NCBI GenBank assembly: GCA_017538365.1
Contig: JAFYIZ010000012.1
Location: 60,920 to 124,919 of the forward strand
Direction: 5' to 3'
Origin: a bacterium
GTDB taxonomy: Bacteria; UBP6; UBA1177
DNA length: 64,000 nt
Shown here: positions 49,605-59,932 of the stretch, piece after piece
Layout: each line of letters starts with the position of its first letter
Position numbering within the stretch: the first letter of the stretch is position 1
The notes under the pieces: model-generated
What the model was told of the DNA's origin: nothing
What the model saw: the letters and a program-made list of their open reading frames with translations, nothing else
Databases searched by the model: none
Program-made: the position numbers and the translations under genes

Positions 49605-50906
49605 ATGAAATTAGAAAAGACTTTCGCTTTTTTTCTTCTTATTGCGGCATTAGTCTTCTGTGTAAGCTGCGGCGGCAAAGGCAACAAATACGATGATTTG
49701 GATGATTATGATGCCGTTGACAACGATTCGGAAAAAGAAGATGAGGACAAACCGGTTCCAGTTACGGATGAAGATAGCGATGACAACGGCGATACCGAAG
49801 CTGACGATTCCGATACCGAAACTGACGATTCCGATACCGAAGCGGATGATTCCGATACAGATTCCGATGCTGACGAAATTTCCGATGATACAGATGATGA
49901 TACAAATGAACCCCGCCCTGACAATGATCCGAACGATGATGAACCTGTTTCCGATGAAGACAACACTATCGAACCTTCAGACACAGATTCAATTTCACAC
50001 AAAGAGAACTCCGAAATCATCTGCACAGGCCAGACCAAATGTTATAATTCGATCGAGGAAATCACCTGCCCTCCACAGCCAGACGATGACTTCTTCGGTC
50101 AGGATGCGCAATATGCAGGTAAAGGCTACTGCTTCCCCAAGAGTTGGGATTCAACTAATCAGCAAATCGTTACAGACTACAATACAGGATTAGTATGGCA
50201 GAGAAAGCAGCCTTCAACCTACGAAGGCTGCACAGGCAACAGCGGCGCTTTGTGTCTTTACGAACAGGCAACAAATTACTGTGAAAACTTAGAACTTGAA
50301 AACTTCAGCGACTGGCGTCTTCCCACCCCTGAAGAATTTGCGACAATCATTGATTACGGCAGAACACCGGCAATAAACACCGATATTTTCTCTGTTCCGA
50401 AATCATTGGTCAGAAATTTCTGGACTCAGACAGCTTCCGCATCCGGAGGAAAAATATGGTATGTCGATTTTACGAAAGGAAGCACTGAACTTGACGATGA
50501 CAATGCAAAACTTGTCAGATGCGTCAGAGGGAACTATCAACTTTCAAGTGCAGATTTCGAAATCGAAAACGAAGGAAGCGAAGATGAAATCGTTGTGGAT
50601 TCCGTCCACAACCTTTATTGGAAAATAATTGAAAGCGAAGAAGGATTCAAATGGAAAAAGTCTCTGGAGCAATGCAAAGAGCTCGGTACCGGCTGGAGAC
50701 TTCCAAGCATCAACGAACTTGCTTCACTTCTTGATTACTCACTCTCGCAACCGGCTTCAAAATTTCCGACACTCCCGTCAGACGCTTTCTGGTCATCAAC
50801 TTCTTACAATGAAAGTCCGGACTACGCATGGAGAATCAATTCTTCAAACGGTATCATAGAAACCGGCAAAAAGACCAAAACCGCCGCAGTCATCTGCGTC
50901 AAATAG
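49605..50906 (+). CDS. Lipoprotein with an acidic DDSDTE-repeat linker and two DUF1566 domains
   Basis: MKLEKTFAFFLLIAALVFCVSC. Motifs DWRLPTPEEFATIIDYG and GWRLPSINELASLLDYS. Ends …AVICVK. Overlaps the upstream gene's stop. Confidence 0.7.
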   Translation: MKLEKTFAFFLLIAALVFCVSCGGKGNKYDDLDDYDAVDNDSEKEDEDKPVPVTDEDSDDNGDTEADDSDTETDDSDTEADDSDTDSDADEISDDTDDDTNEPRPDNDPNDDEPVSDEDNTIEPSDTDSISHKENSEIICTGQTKCYNSIEEITCPPQPDDDFFGQDAQYAGKGYCFPKSWDSTNQQIVTDYNTGLVWQRKQPSTYEGCTGNSGALCLYEQATNYCENLELENFSDWRLPTPEEFATIIDYGRTPAINTDIFSVPKSLVRNFWTQTASASGGKIWYVDFTKGSTELDDDNAKLVRCVRGNYQLSSADFEIENEGSEDEIVVDSVHNLYWKIIESEEGFKWKKSLEQCKELGTGWRLPSINELASLLDYSLSQPASKFPTLPSDAFWSSTSYNESPDYAWRINSSNGIIETGKKTKTAAVICVK

Positions 50907-51773
50907 CTACTTAACTTTTTTCTCTGTTTTCGTTTTCTGAAAAAGTTTCCAGCCGCCGATAAAAAGAAAAATCGAAATCCACTGGCTTGTGGAAAAAATC
51001 AAGAAACTTCCCCTTGTGTCGAAACGCAGAAATTCGATCAGAAAGCGTGTCACGGAATATGAAAGAAGAAAAACCGCCGAAATATATCCGGGATTTTTCT
51101 GATTCTTGGAAAAGGCAAGTTTCAAAAGAACCGCAAATATTACAAAGTTGCTGAAAGAATGTATCAGCTGCGTCGGAATTATCGGCTGGGTATCGGTCAA
51201 AAGGCTTGTATGCTCAGGATCGAGGTGATAGAGCGCAAACATCGTCCTTGACCCCTGCGGAAAGCGTATCCCGAAAAGTTCCGACGGTCTTCCGAAACAG
51301 CACCCTTCAAGAAAACAGCCGATTCTCGTCAGCCAGAGCCCGTTTGCAACACAAATTGAAGCAACGTCGGCGGTTTTGAGAAACGATTTTCCATCGTGAG
51401 GATAGGCAATCAGAGTAAAAAGTGCGCCGGCAATAAAACCGCCTAAAAGCCCGCCGTAAAAAACATGCCCCGGAGTAAAAGGATTAAGCATCGAAGTAAA
51501 AAGATAGGAGATTCCGTTCACTCTCAATCCTTCAAGATAAAGCGAAAGCCTGCCTTCGAACAAAATATGGAAAATCTTTGAAACAACAAGGGCGGACGGT
51601 ACAATGACAAGAGGCATAAAAATCATCTTTTTCAGACTCAGACTGAATTGTTTCGACGAAAAAATCATTATCGGAACAGTCATGAAAAACGAAAAAAAGA
51701 GGATCGTCATATACGCGCCTGGATAAGCGAAACCGAAATAGTCAAAAATCGGCTTGAAAAAATTAATATTCAT
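50907..51773 (-). CDS. lgt: Prolipoprotein diacylglyceryl transferase
   Basis: Polytopic membrane protein. GLWLTRIGCFLEGCCFGRP aligns with the Lgt GRLGNFINGELWGR region. VFLLSYSVTRFLIEFLRFD aligns with the Lgt signature [20 protein letters not shown]. Confidence 0.7.
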   Translation of the reverse strand: MNINFFKPIFDYFGFAYPGAYMTILFFSFFMTVPIMIFSSKQFSLSLKKMIFMPLVIVPSALVVSKIFHILFEGRLSLYLEGLRVNGISYLFTSMLNPFTPGHVFYGGLLGGFIAGALFTLIAYPHDGKSFLKTADVASICVANGLWLTRIGCFLEGCCFGRPSELFGIRFPQGSRTMFALYHLDPEHTSLLTDTQPIIPTQLIHSFSNFVIFAVLLKLAFSKNQKNPGYISAVFLLSYSVTRFLIEFLRFDTRGSFLIFSTSQWISIFLFIGGWKLFQKTKTEKKVK

Positions 51774-53389
51774 CGTTTCTCCTGATTATTTTCAACATTT
51801 TCGGCAACTTCTGCCAAAGGCACATTCTTCGATTTTATGTAACCGTAAGCGATGAGTTCGGTATTCGCCGCATTCATTTTCAATGTCTTGCAGTACTGCT
51901 GAACGAAATTCCTGACGTAAAGATCCGCCGGAAGCTGGGCATATTTGTCATTTTCTATCGCATCGAGAACCATCTTCGATATTTTAGTGCGTGAAATGAT
52001 GAGTTCGTAAGATATTCCGACTTCCTCTCTGATTTTTCTCAAGAGATCACCCGTCACAGGCAAGTCACGGTATTTATTAAAGATTTCATTAGCATCCACA
52101 AAATCACTGCTGGAAGACGCAACAACTTTCTTTTCGGCACTGCGCCCGAAAACGTCCTTTTTGACTAAAACTTCACGCTTCTTTACGCGGTTATACTTTT
52201 TGATGACTTCGCCTATCATGAAAATATCGGGGAATGAAGTCTCGAGCGACATAAGATGGCTGTTGATATCCATATCGTACTCGCGCCTTATTTCCGAGTC
52301 GTTAAGCTCTTTGAAAATCGTATCAATGAGAGAATTAAGTATAAAAAGATCGCTGTCGCTGTAAACGTCACGCATCATCGGATTCTCGCCGACATAAAGT
52401 TTTTTAAGCTTTTCATACTGGTTGTTGATGTCAAAAGTCGAACAGCCGCGGTCAAGACCGAACCATTCATAGTAGTTGAACGGCGTGATTTTAAGTTTTT
52501 TCTTTACTGAACTCTGCTGGAAAAGGTTGGCGGAAAGCGTGCTTGCGAATTTATCGAGAGCATCTACAAATTCGGCGTTTTTCTCAAGAGTTACGACAGG
52601 TTTCATCGTAGCTACCGATGTCGGAACCAGATCGGAATAGGCTATTTCCGCTATGGAATCAGTCTCGATGCCGAAACTGTTGCTGATCAAGAACCGGTAA
52701 GGCTGCACGAGTTCTTTGTCCGCCGAGTTGCGCACACCGTTGTAAACAATCCCTATTTTCAGGTCGTTCACAACATTTGCAATCTGATTGGCGGTTTTCG
52801 GAATCGCCTGAGAAAGCAGGACGAGAAGGTTTCGCGAAGTGAAAAGATAATCGTTTTTAGCACGTCTTATATTCTGCGTTTCGAGCTGGATATCGTATTT
52901 AAGCTCTACATTGCGAAGCCTGTAATTGAAAAGTTCCCTGAAAAAATAGTTGCTTTTTTCAAACGAAATGAAATCGGGGGAAAGGAACATGAGCGAATAG
53001 TCGGCAATCCCGACAACATCCATAAGATCGTGATTTATTACCGAACCCATGTCGATAAAAACGAAATCGAACTGAACCTGCCCCATCTCGCCGCGCCAGC
53101 GTGTAAGAAGTTCGCTGATTTTCGAATCCTGATGTTTCAAGTTACTGAAAAAACTAAGATTCTGGTAATCAGTCGAAATAAGCGGCAGCACTGAAAAATG
53201 CTCTGCGACTTCATCGGAAACGGCTATCGTCGGAAGGTTGAGATATGAATGAAGTGTTCCGCCGTTCGGAGCCGCATCGATCAGAAGAACCTTTTTCCCT
53301 TTCTGGGCAAGATAAATCGAAAGATTTGCGATTATCATCGAAGTTCCCGCACCGCCTTTCGGAGAAAATGCCGCAATCAGCTTTACCAT
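51770..53389 (-). CDS. MinD/ParA-family P-loop ATPase with a C-terminal helix-turn-helix (RodZ/XRE-like) domain
   Basis: Deviant Walker A KGGAGTSMIIANLSIYLAQKGKKVLLIDA. C-terminal LLRKIREEVGISYELIISRTKISKMVLDAIEND. Confidence 0.55.
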   Translation of the reverse strand: MVKLIAAFSPKGGAGTSMIIANLSIYLAQKGKKVLLIDAAPNGGTLHSYLNLPTIAVSDEVAEHFSVLPLISTDYQNLSFFSNLKHQDSKISELLTRWRGEMGQVQFDFVFIDMGSVINHDLMDVVGIADYSLMFLSPDFISFEKSNYFFRELFNYRLRNVELKYDIQLETQNIRRAKNDYLFTSRNLLVLLSQAIPKTANQIANVVNDLKIGIVYNGVRNSADKELVQPYRFLISNSFGIETDSIAEIAYSDLVPTSVATMKPVVTLEKNAEFVDALDKFASTLSANLFQQSSVKKKLKITPFNYYEWFGLDRGCSTFDINNQYEKLKKLYVGENPMMRDVYSDSDLFILNSLIDTIFKELNDSEIRREYDMDINSHLMSLETSFPDIFMIGEVIKKYNRVKKREVLVKKDVFGRSAEKKVVASSSSDFVDANEIFNKYRDLPVTGDLLRKIREEVGISYELIISRTKISKMVLDAIENDKYAQLPADLYVRNFVQQYCKTLKMNAANTELIAYGYIKSKNVPLAEVAENVENNQEKR

Positions 53390-53404
53390 TCAGTTCACCT
53401 CGTA

Positions 53405-54142
53405 TTACAGTTTTTCCTTTATTTTCTGAGTGTAGACCGCGATTTCGTCAAACGTTCCGCTGTCAAGCCGCCCCGCTTCAAGCGATTCCGCAGCATAGTC
53501 AAGCGCCGTTTTTCCGCTGAAATCCTTCGAAAGAGGCGAAACATTCAACGACATGAGAATTTTTGCATAACCGGCATATCCTTTTTCGGCTGCGATTATA
53601 AAAAGAGTTTTTTTCTCTTTGTCGCGCCTTTCGATATCGCTCGATTTTTCTATAAGCACTTTGAATAATTCGACATTTTCTTCTTTAGCAAGACTTATCA
53701 GAGTATTTGCCGCATCGCGCCCGAAGTTATCCTGAAGATTGGCGTCGGCACCGTTTTCAAGCAGGAACTCGGCACATTCCGAAGAGTTTCCCGCAGCGGC
53801 GTAGTGAAGCGGAGTTTTTTCAGAATTATCCATTATTTTGAGATTCGCACCTGCTGCAACTAGCTTTTTCAGCATCGTGCACTCTTTTTTAGCCGAAGCA
53901 AGCATGACTGCGTTTCTTCCCGATTTGTCGGCATAATTAAGAAGTTCCGGCATTGTGAGAAAAATATCGAGCGCCTTTTCGTCGTCATTTCGAACCGCTT
54001 CCAAAAGTCCGGTACCGTCGGCCTCGTAACCCGCTTTTTTAAGCAGAGAAGCACTATCGTTTGAGCATGAAACTGAAAGAAAAACAGCAAAAAAGACGAA
54101 TAAAACCGATGATTTCATTGGCAAAACTTCTTTAAGGCGCAT
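53405..54142 (-). CDS. Ankyrin-repeat protein with a signal peptide
   Basis: Ankyrin repeats GRNAVMLASAKKECTMLKKLVAAGANL… and TPLHYAAAGNSSECAEFLLENGADANL. Confidence 0.7.
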   Translation of the reverse strand: MRLKEVLPMKSSVLFVFFAVFLSVSCSNDSASLLKKAGYEADGTGLLEAVRNDDEKALDIFLTMPELLNYADKSGRNAVMLASAKKECTMLKKLVAAGANLKIMDNSEKTPLHYAAAGNSSECAEFLLENGADANLQDNFGRDAANTLISLAKEENVELFKVLIEKSSDIERRDKEKKTLFIIAAEKGYAGYAKILMSLNVSPLSKDFSGKTALDYAAESLEAGRLDSGTFDEIAVYTQKIKEKL

Positions 54143-55029
54143 TAAAGAACAAAAAAGAATATCGCGCCGGCGGCAGCGGCAGCAACGGCAAGAATAATCA
54201 GGATAATTGCGATTTTTTTGCCCGTTCCCGATTTGTTTACGCGGGTGATTTCGGTTTTTTCATCCTGATCCTCATCGTTGATGCTTTTTATTTTCTTCCC
54301 TTTTATATCTTTTCTGAGTTTTTCCTTTCTCGATTTTTCTGCCTCGAGCTGATAAGGCTGCGGGTCGTAAGCCTCTCCTTTTTCGATGAATTCGAAGATG
54401 AAGTCGCCGACTCTGATTTCGTCGCCGTTTCTCATATCGACTGAGTTGACCACGGTATCGTTAACGATAAGCGGATAATCAGCATTGTAATCGCCTTTCA
54501 CCAGCAGATAAATGTTGCCGTCGAAAACGATTTTCGAGTGGATCGGCGGAATATCGTCTGCCGAAAGATAGACATCGGCGCTGGCGTGGGTTCCGATAAC
54601 GGTTTCACGTCCTGCAAGCGGAAAAATCTTTCCTCCGAGATAGCCGTTCTTTGCAAGAAGAAGGTTGTCGGTAGCGATTTTTTTCGAGTCGGATTCAATT
54701 GCCGGCTGCACTGTCTTGAGAAGCAGATCTTCGTCCTGTTCGAGATAGATGTTGTAATCACCGACAGTGATAACGTTCCCGACAAAAATTTCGAGCTTTT
54801 CATCAACAAGTTCGCGCTCGTCGACATAAGTGTGGTTGTAGCTTCCGCGGTCGCAGATGATGATTCTTCCGTCTACGATCTCAAGCTGAAAATGGTATCT
54901 CGACACGTTTCTTTCATCGAGGACAAGGTCGTTTTTCGGACTTCGCCCGACGGTGATAAGATTGCCGTTGAATTCAAAAATATTAAGTTCGTTTCTGTCG
55001 TTTTCGACTATGAGTTTCAGCAGAGCCAT
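54142..55029 (-). CDS. Double FHA-domain protein with a C-terminal TM anchor
   Basis: FHA motifs ITVGRSPKNDLVLDERNVSRYHFQLEI and RETVIGTHASADVYLSADD…HSKIVFDG. C-terminal KIAIILIILAVAAAAAGAIFFFVL. Confidence 0.65.
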   Translation of the reverse strand: MALLKLIVENDRNELNIFEFNGNLITVGRSPKNDLVLDERNVSRYHFQLEIVDGRIIICDRGSYNHTYVDERELVDEKLEIFVGNVITVGDYNIYLEQDEDLLLKTVQPAIESDSKKIATDNLLLAKNGYLGGKIFPLAGRETVIGTHASADVYLSADDIPPIHSKIVFDGNIYLLVKGDYNADYPLIVNDTVVNSVDMRNGDEIRVGDFIFEFIEKGEAYDPQPYQLEAEKSRKEKLRKDIKGKKIKSINDEDQDEKTEITRVNKSGTGKKIAIILIILAVAAAAAGAIFFFVL

Positions 55030-55046
55030 TCCAACCTCAAAAAACG

Positions 55047-56117
55047 TTACCGCAGAATTTTCAACAATTTATCGAATCTGTCAAACATTCCTGAAAAATC
55101 TTTGTTTTCTTCCTCGAATCTGCGGATTTTTTCGCCGATATCCATGGCGAGCAGCCGCTTTTTTCCTGAAGAAAGCACCGATGCGGAAGTTTTCAGCAGC
55201 AGATAAAGTATCTCGTCAAGATACCTGTGATACTCGCCGAATCGGTATTCAACGGCAACAGACTTCCTTTCGTCAAGCATACTCTCCCAGTTCACGCTCA
55301 TTGTTTCAGTTGAAAAAGAAAGTTTTGAATAAAACTGCGGATACCTGCCGCGAAGATATGAAAAAAGTTTTTCAGAAAGTTCTTTCAATTTTTCAGCCGG
55401 CATAACCTTGGCAAAAACGTCGAAAACGAGTTTGAAACAGCCGAAATAAAGTTCCGATTCTGTCTGAACGGGATCGTTTTCAAGAAAATCAAGACCGCTG
55501 CTGAAAAAAGATGAAGCCAGAATTTTTTCCGACACTTTTTTGCATAGAACTGCCGGCTTTGAAACATCAAGCGAACCTAAATACGAGCCGAATTTCACCG
55601 CGTTTTTCTCAAAAACATAGCGTTTTTTCTCAGGATCAAACCAGGCGAACCCTTTGAAATTCCCTTTTTCAAAAGAGACTACATTCATCGCTGATCCGTG
55701 TTTGAAGCAGAGGAGCGCATTTTCCTTGTTTTCCGCAAATGACGAAACGAGCTTCATAACGTCAACAAAACGGCCAGACGCATAAAGCGAAACCGGATAA
55801 GTGAAAAAATCTGTCAACCACGTGAAAACCGTGTCGTTGCTTAAGCTGAAAAGATAAAGATCAACCGATTTTTCAGCCATGATTTCATTGATCGGAACAT
55901 CGGTCACCAGATCTTCTTCATCGGAAAAAGCAAGCACTTTCGAAATGACCGCACGACCGTCGGAAATCAGCACATAAAGCGTTTTATTGCCGGCTTGAGC
56001 AAGCACCAAACCGCGGCTGAGACTGCTTTCGCGCGCCAAATCGTTGACAAAAGACGGAATATATTTTCCTTCAAAATCAGCAATATAAAGTTTTAATTCA
56101 GAAAAAGGAATGATCAT
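55047..56117 (-). CDS. Hypothetical cytoplasmic protein (no recognised domain), co-directional with the FHA / ankyrin / MinD-like genes
   Basis: 356-aa ORF with the same orientation and a short gap. Confidence 0.45.
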   Translation of the reverse strand: MIIPFSELKLYIADFEGKYIPSFVNDLARESSLSRGLVLAQAGNKTLYVLISDGRAVISKVLAFSDEEDLVTDVPINEIMAEKSVDLYLFSLSNDTVFTWLTDFFTYPVSLYASGRFVDVMKLVSSFAENKENALLCFKHGSAMNVVSFEKGNFKGFAWFDPEKKRYVFEKNAVKFGSYLGSLDVSKPAVLCKKVSEKILASSFFSSGLDFLENDPVQTESELYFGCFKLVFDVFAKVMPAEKLKELSEKLFSYLRGRYPQFYSKLSFSTETMSVNWESMLDERKSVAVEYRFGEYHRYLDEILYLLLKTSASVLSSGKKRLLAMDIGEKIRRFEEENKDFSGMFDRFDKLLKILR

Positions 56118-56246
56118 GCAGCCCCCAACAAGTCCTTTCCTTATAGCACAGACGATTTTTTTTGCAAAATGAAATTTGCCTTATTCCGGCCTCTCTGTAT
56201 AATCATTCGCTTTTTTGCTTTCATTTTTCATTGAGAGAGGTGAATT

Positions 56247-58013
56247 ATGGATAATCGCTGGAATCTTGATGCTCTTTATACAGGTTTTGATTCGCCGGAA
56301 TTTATAGGCGACTGCAAAAAACTCGATTCAAAAAATGAAGAATACGAACATTTTGCGAACACACTTTCCAAAAGCGGCGACATCTCCCAAATTCTGAAAA
56401 AATACGTTGAGTTGAAATCTGAAATCTCCGCGCTGACCGAAAAACTTCTCTGCTTTGCAAACCTCTCTTTCTGTGCCAATACAAACAATACGAAAGCAAA
56501 CTCCTACATCGAATTGATTTCTGTCAGAGAGAACAGGACTACACTCACCGATGTCAGATTCATAAAATGGCTTGCCTCCAGCGGGTTCGATCCGGAAACT
56601 TTGAAGGGAACAGACCTTGAAGAGTGCATTTTTCACTTTGAAGAGCTCATCACAAAAGGGCGTCACATTCTCGATGACCAGACAGAGCAGATCATTTCCA
56701 ACCTCAAGCTGGTCGGTTCTTCGGCATGGATGAATCTCCACAATGTCCTTACCGGCTCTCTCACAGGCAAAATTTCAATTGTAGAGGGAAGAAGCGAGGT
56801 AAAACCGATTTCGCAGATTCGCGCGATGGCGTATTCCGAAAGTGCAGACACCAGAAAAAAGGCTTACGAAGCGGAAATCAGGGCTTACAAAAAAGTCGAA
56901 AAGGCAGTGGCTGCCTGCATCAACTCGATCAAGGGAGAATCAATCATTCTGGCGAGAATGCGCGGCTACGCTTCGCCGCTCGAGATGGTTCTCACCAAAA
57001 ACAGAATGGAAAAAAGCATCATTGACACGATGTTCGCCGCGATAAGAGAGTATCTTCCGTGCTTCAGGGCTTACTATAAAAAGAAAGCAAAAATGCTCGG
57101 GCTCAGCGGTTCACTTCCGTTTTACGACATTTTCGCCCCCGTAACAGCCAAGGCGCAGTCAAACTTCACTTATGAAGAAGCTGCGAAATTCATTGTTGAA
57201 AAATTTTCGACTTTCAGCAGAAAACTCGGCGATTTCGCAAAAAACGCCTTCGATAAAAACTGGATCGATTCAGAAATCAGACCGGGAAAAGTGGGCGGTG
57301 CCTTCTGCGAAAACCTTTTTTCGATTTCGCAGAGCAGGATCCTCGCCAATTTCGGCGGCTCGTACAACGATGTCACGACTATCGCTCACGAACTCGGCCA
57401 CGCATTCCACGGTCACTGCCTTTCAAACAACGTGATTTTGAATACCGGCTACCCTTCTCCGCTTGCCGAAACCGCTTCTATTTTCTGTGAAACGATAATC
57501 AACAAGGCGGCACTGAAAGAGGCTGACAAAGAAACTAAACTGGCCATTCTCGAATCCGAGATCTCCTCTGCAGGACAGGTCATAGTCGATATTTACAGCA
57601 GATATCTTTTCGAAACGGCGCTTTTCAAAGCACGCGAAATCGCACCGCTTTCACCTGAACAGCTCTGTGAAGAAATGACAAAAGCACAGATCGAATCTTA
57701 CGGCGACGGGCTTGATGAAAATGTTCTCCACCCCTATCTCTGGCTCATCAAACCGCACTACTACAACCCGGAGTGGAACTTCTACAACTTCCCGTATGCG
57801 TTTGGTCTCCTCTTTGCAAAAGGACTTTACGCAAAGTACACCGAAACGGGAAGCAGTTTCGCCGAAAAGTATGAATATCTACTTTCGGAAACGGGCAAAC
57901 GCAGCGTAACCGATGTTGCCAAAATAGTTGACGTCGATCTCAACGACATAAACTTCTGGAAAAACTCTCTCGAACTCATCAAAGAAGATATCTCGAAATT
58001 CCTCGATTTATGA
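56247..58013 (+). CDS. pepF: Oligoendopeptidase F (M3B metallopeptidase)
   Basis: Zinc motif HELGHAFHG (HExxH). Size 588 aa, typical of M3B. GAGGTG RBS. Confidence 0.8.
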   Translation: MDNRWNLDALYTGFDSPEFIGDCKKLDSKNEEYEHFANTLSKSGDISQILKKYVELKSEISALTEKLLCFANLSFCANTNNTKANSYIELISVRENRTTLTDVRFIKWLASSGFDPETLKGTDLEECIFHFEELITKGRHILDDQTEQIISNLKLVGSSAWMNLHNVLTGSLTGKISIVEGRSEVKPISQIRAMAYSESADTRKKAYEAEIRAYKKVEKAVAACINSIKGESIILARMRGYASPLEMVLTKNRMEKSIIDTMFAAIREYLPCFRAYYKKKAKMLGLSGSLPFYDIFAPVTAKAQSNFTYEEAAKFIVEKFSTFSRKLGDFAKNAFDKNWIDSEIRPGKVGGAFCENLFSISQSRILANFGGSYNDVTTIAHELGHAFHGHCLSNNVILNTGYPSPLAETASIFCETIINKAALKEADKETKLAILESEISSAGQVIVDIYSRYLFETALFKAREIAPLSPEQLCEEMTKAQIESYGDGLDENVLHPYLWLIKPHYYNPEWNFYNFPYAFGLLFAKGLYAKYTETGSSFAEKYEYLLSETGKRSVTDVAKIVDVDLNDINFWKNSLELIKEDISKFLDL

Positions 58014-59794
58014 ACACAAAACTTAAAAGAATAATTGCGGCAGTCATTTTCCTGCTCTTTTCGGCGGCACTCGTTATTTTTGCGCTTGAAAAAGTTTCAA
58101 AAGGAAAAATTGACGGATTTTCATCTAAGGCGACTGCTCTGATAAAGGCCAAATACGGCGTTGATACAGAAATTTCGGGGCTTGATGTCTCCTTTTTTCC
58201 GCCGCGGATATTTGTCAAAAAAGCTGTTTTTTCGCTCAACGGAAGTGAACTCGCCGCATTGGAAAAATGTTCTTTGGGAAATCTTCAGAAAATGCTTTTT
58301 TCAGACGAAAAAAAGCTGAAGATGAACTGCGCGAACTCAAGGATTCATGCGGACAAAGCCCTGAAAGCGCCGCTTCTGCCGGACGAAGAAAAAGACAAGG
58401 AAAAAGAGAAAAATGAAAACCGCAGAAACATCGATTTTTCGATAGATTTTTCAACTGACGCAGACTTTATTTTCGGCAGCGTAACGCAGAGTTTTTCCAC
58501 CGAGCTTACCGTTTCTCGCTCAGGCGGAAAGGCGCTTTTCAAAGAACTCGGCAAAGATGGCGGCGGAACAGGAGAAATTCTGTTTTCGCTCAAAGAAAAA
58601 AGTGCTTCAGTGCGCCTCGACGGTATCGATTTGAACGATTTTCACGAAATAATAAAAAGCAAAACATCGTTCGACGTTTCAGCGGGAAAAATCAGCTCTT
58701 TTTCTGAAATTTCGGAAGAAAAAGGGATTTTTCTTATCAAAAGCGACATGACTATCCACGACCTGACCTTTTTTCATCCACTCATCGATTCCCAGCCGTT
58801 CACTCTGCCGCTTTTCAGGTTCACTGGCGTTGTAACTTTCGACAAAAACGAAAAATCTGCGGAAACGAAAGACGCAGAGCTCTCACTCGGCGGCATAAAC
58901 GCAACACTTTCTGCATCTTACAGCAAGACATCCAAAGAGTTTTCGATAAAAACCGAATCGGCGAAACTCAACAAACTCGAAACCCTGATACATGACGAAG
59001 CGTTTGAAGGCTACCTTTTCGGCGGAACACTCGAACTTTTGGCAGAATACTCGCAGGAAGGCGACGAACCTCCGGTTTTTTCAGTCGTCGGCAACCTTGT
59101 CGAGCCTAAACAGCTTTCGGAGCGCATGGACTACCTCAAACTGCCTTTTGAATACATCTGGACAAACGAAGACGGAACCGAGAGAAAGATCTTCGTCGGC
59201 GAGCGCAACCACGATTTCACGCCGATATCTCTTATTCCCGACCATCTCATCTGGGCAGTCGTCGTTTCGGAAGACGCCGGATTTTTTGTCCACAAAGGAG
59301 TCGATTTTCAGGAGCTTGACGCGGCAGTAAAAGACAACATCAAAAAACACAAACTGCGCGGCGGCTCAACGATACCGCAGCAGCTTGCGAAAAACCTCTT
59401 CCTCAACCGCGACAAAACCCTTCTTCGCAAATTCCGCGAAGTGTTGCTCGCGATAGAACTTGACGCCGCCCTTTCAAAAGAGCGCCTTCTTGAGATATAT
59501 TTCAACATAATCGAGTGGGCGCCCGGCATTTTCGGAATCTCGCAGGCAGCTTACTACTACTTCGGAAAGCAGCCTTTCGAACTCACCCCGCTCGAATCAG
59601 CATACCTCGCTTCCGTAATCCCCGGACCAGCAAAATACCACTTCATGTTCCTCACCAAAAACGTGACCGAAAACTGGTACAAAAGCCTTTACAGAATCCT
59701 CAACATCATGAATGAGACAGGTCACCTCTCGACCGACGACTACTTCGAAGCGCTGGAACAGTCGATAGTTTTCAGGGAAAACGAGGAAGAATAA
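58010..59794 (+). CDS. Membrane-anchored protein with a C-terminal GT51 peptidoglycan glycosyltransferase (transglycosylase) domain and a long N-terminal domain of unknown function
   Basis: VVSEDAGFFVHKGVDFQELDAAVKDN…RGGSTIPQQLAKNLFL…EIYFNIIEWAPGIFGI matches the monofunctional transglycosylase domain. 4-nt overlap with pepF. Confidence 0.7.
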   Translation: MNTKLKRIIAAVIFLLFSAALVIFALEKVSKGKIDGFSSKATALIKAKYGVDTEISGLDVSFFPPRIFVKKAVFSLNGSELAALEKCSLGNLQKMLFSDEKKLKMNCANSRIHADKALKAPLLPDEEKDKEKEKNENRRNIDFSIDFSTDADFIFGSVTQSFSTELTVSRSGGKALFKELGKDGGGTGEILFSLKEKSASVRLDGIDLNDFHEIIKSKTSFDVSAGKISSFSEISEEKGIFLIKSDMTIHDLTFFHPLIDSQPFTLPLFRFTGVVTFDKNEKSAETKDAELSLGGINATLSASYSKTSKEFSIKTESAKLNKLETLIHDEAFEGYLFGGTLELLAEYSQEGDEPPVFSVVGNLVEPKQLSERMDYLKLPFEYIWTNEDGTERKIFVGERNHDFTPISLIPDHLIWAVVVSEDAGFFVHKGVDFQELDAAVKDNIKKHKLRGGSTIPQQLAKNLFLNRDKTLLRKFREVLLAIELDAALSKERLLEIYFNIIEWAPGIFGISQAAYYYFGKQPFELTPLESAYLASVIPGPAKYHFMFLTKNVTENWYKSLYRILNIMNETGHLSTDDYFEALEQSIVFRENEEE

Positions 59795-59824
59795 AAATCC
59801 CGTTGCAGGCTGTTTCCAAGAGTT
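59795..59824. repeat. Intergenic repeat A, copy 1 (aaatcccgttgcaggctgtttccaagagtt)
   Basis: Near-identical to 62102-62132. Confidence 0.6.
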
Positions 59825-59932
59825 CAATATTAGCTAAATCAAAGCGACAAATCGCTAACCACGGTTAGCGAAATTGACACGCTTCAATTAGTTAAATGCA
59901 GAGAAACGCAAAGTAAAAATTTTGACCTTGAA

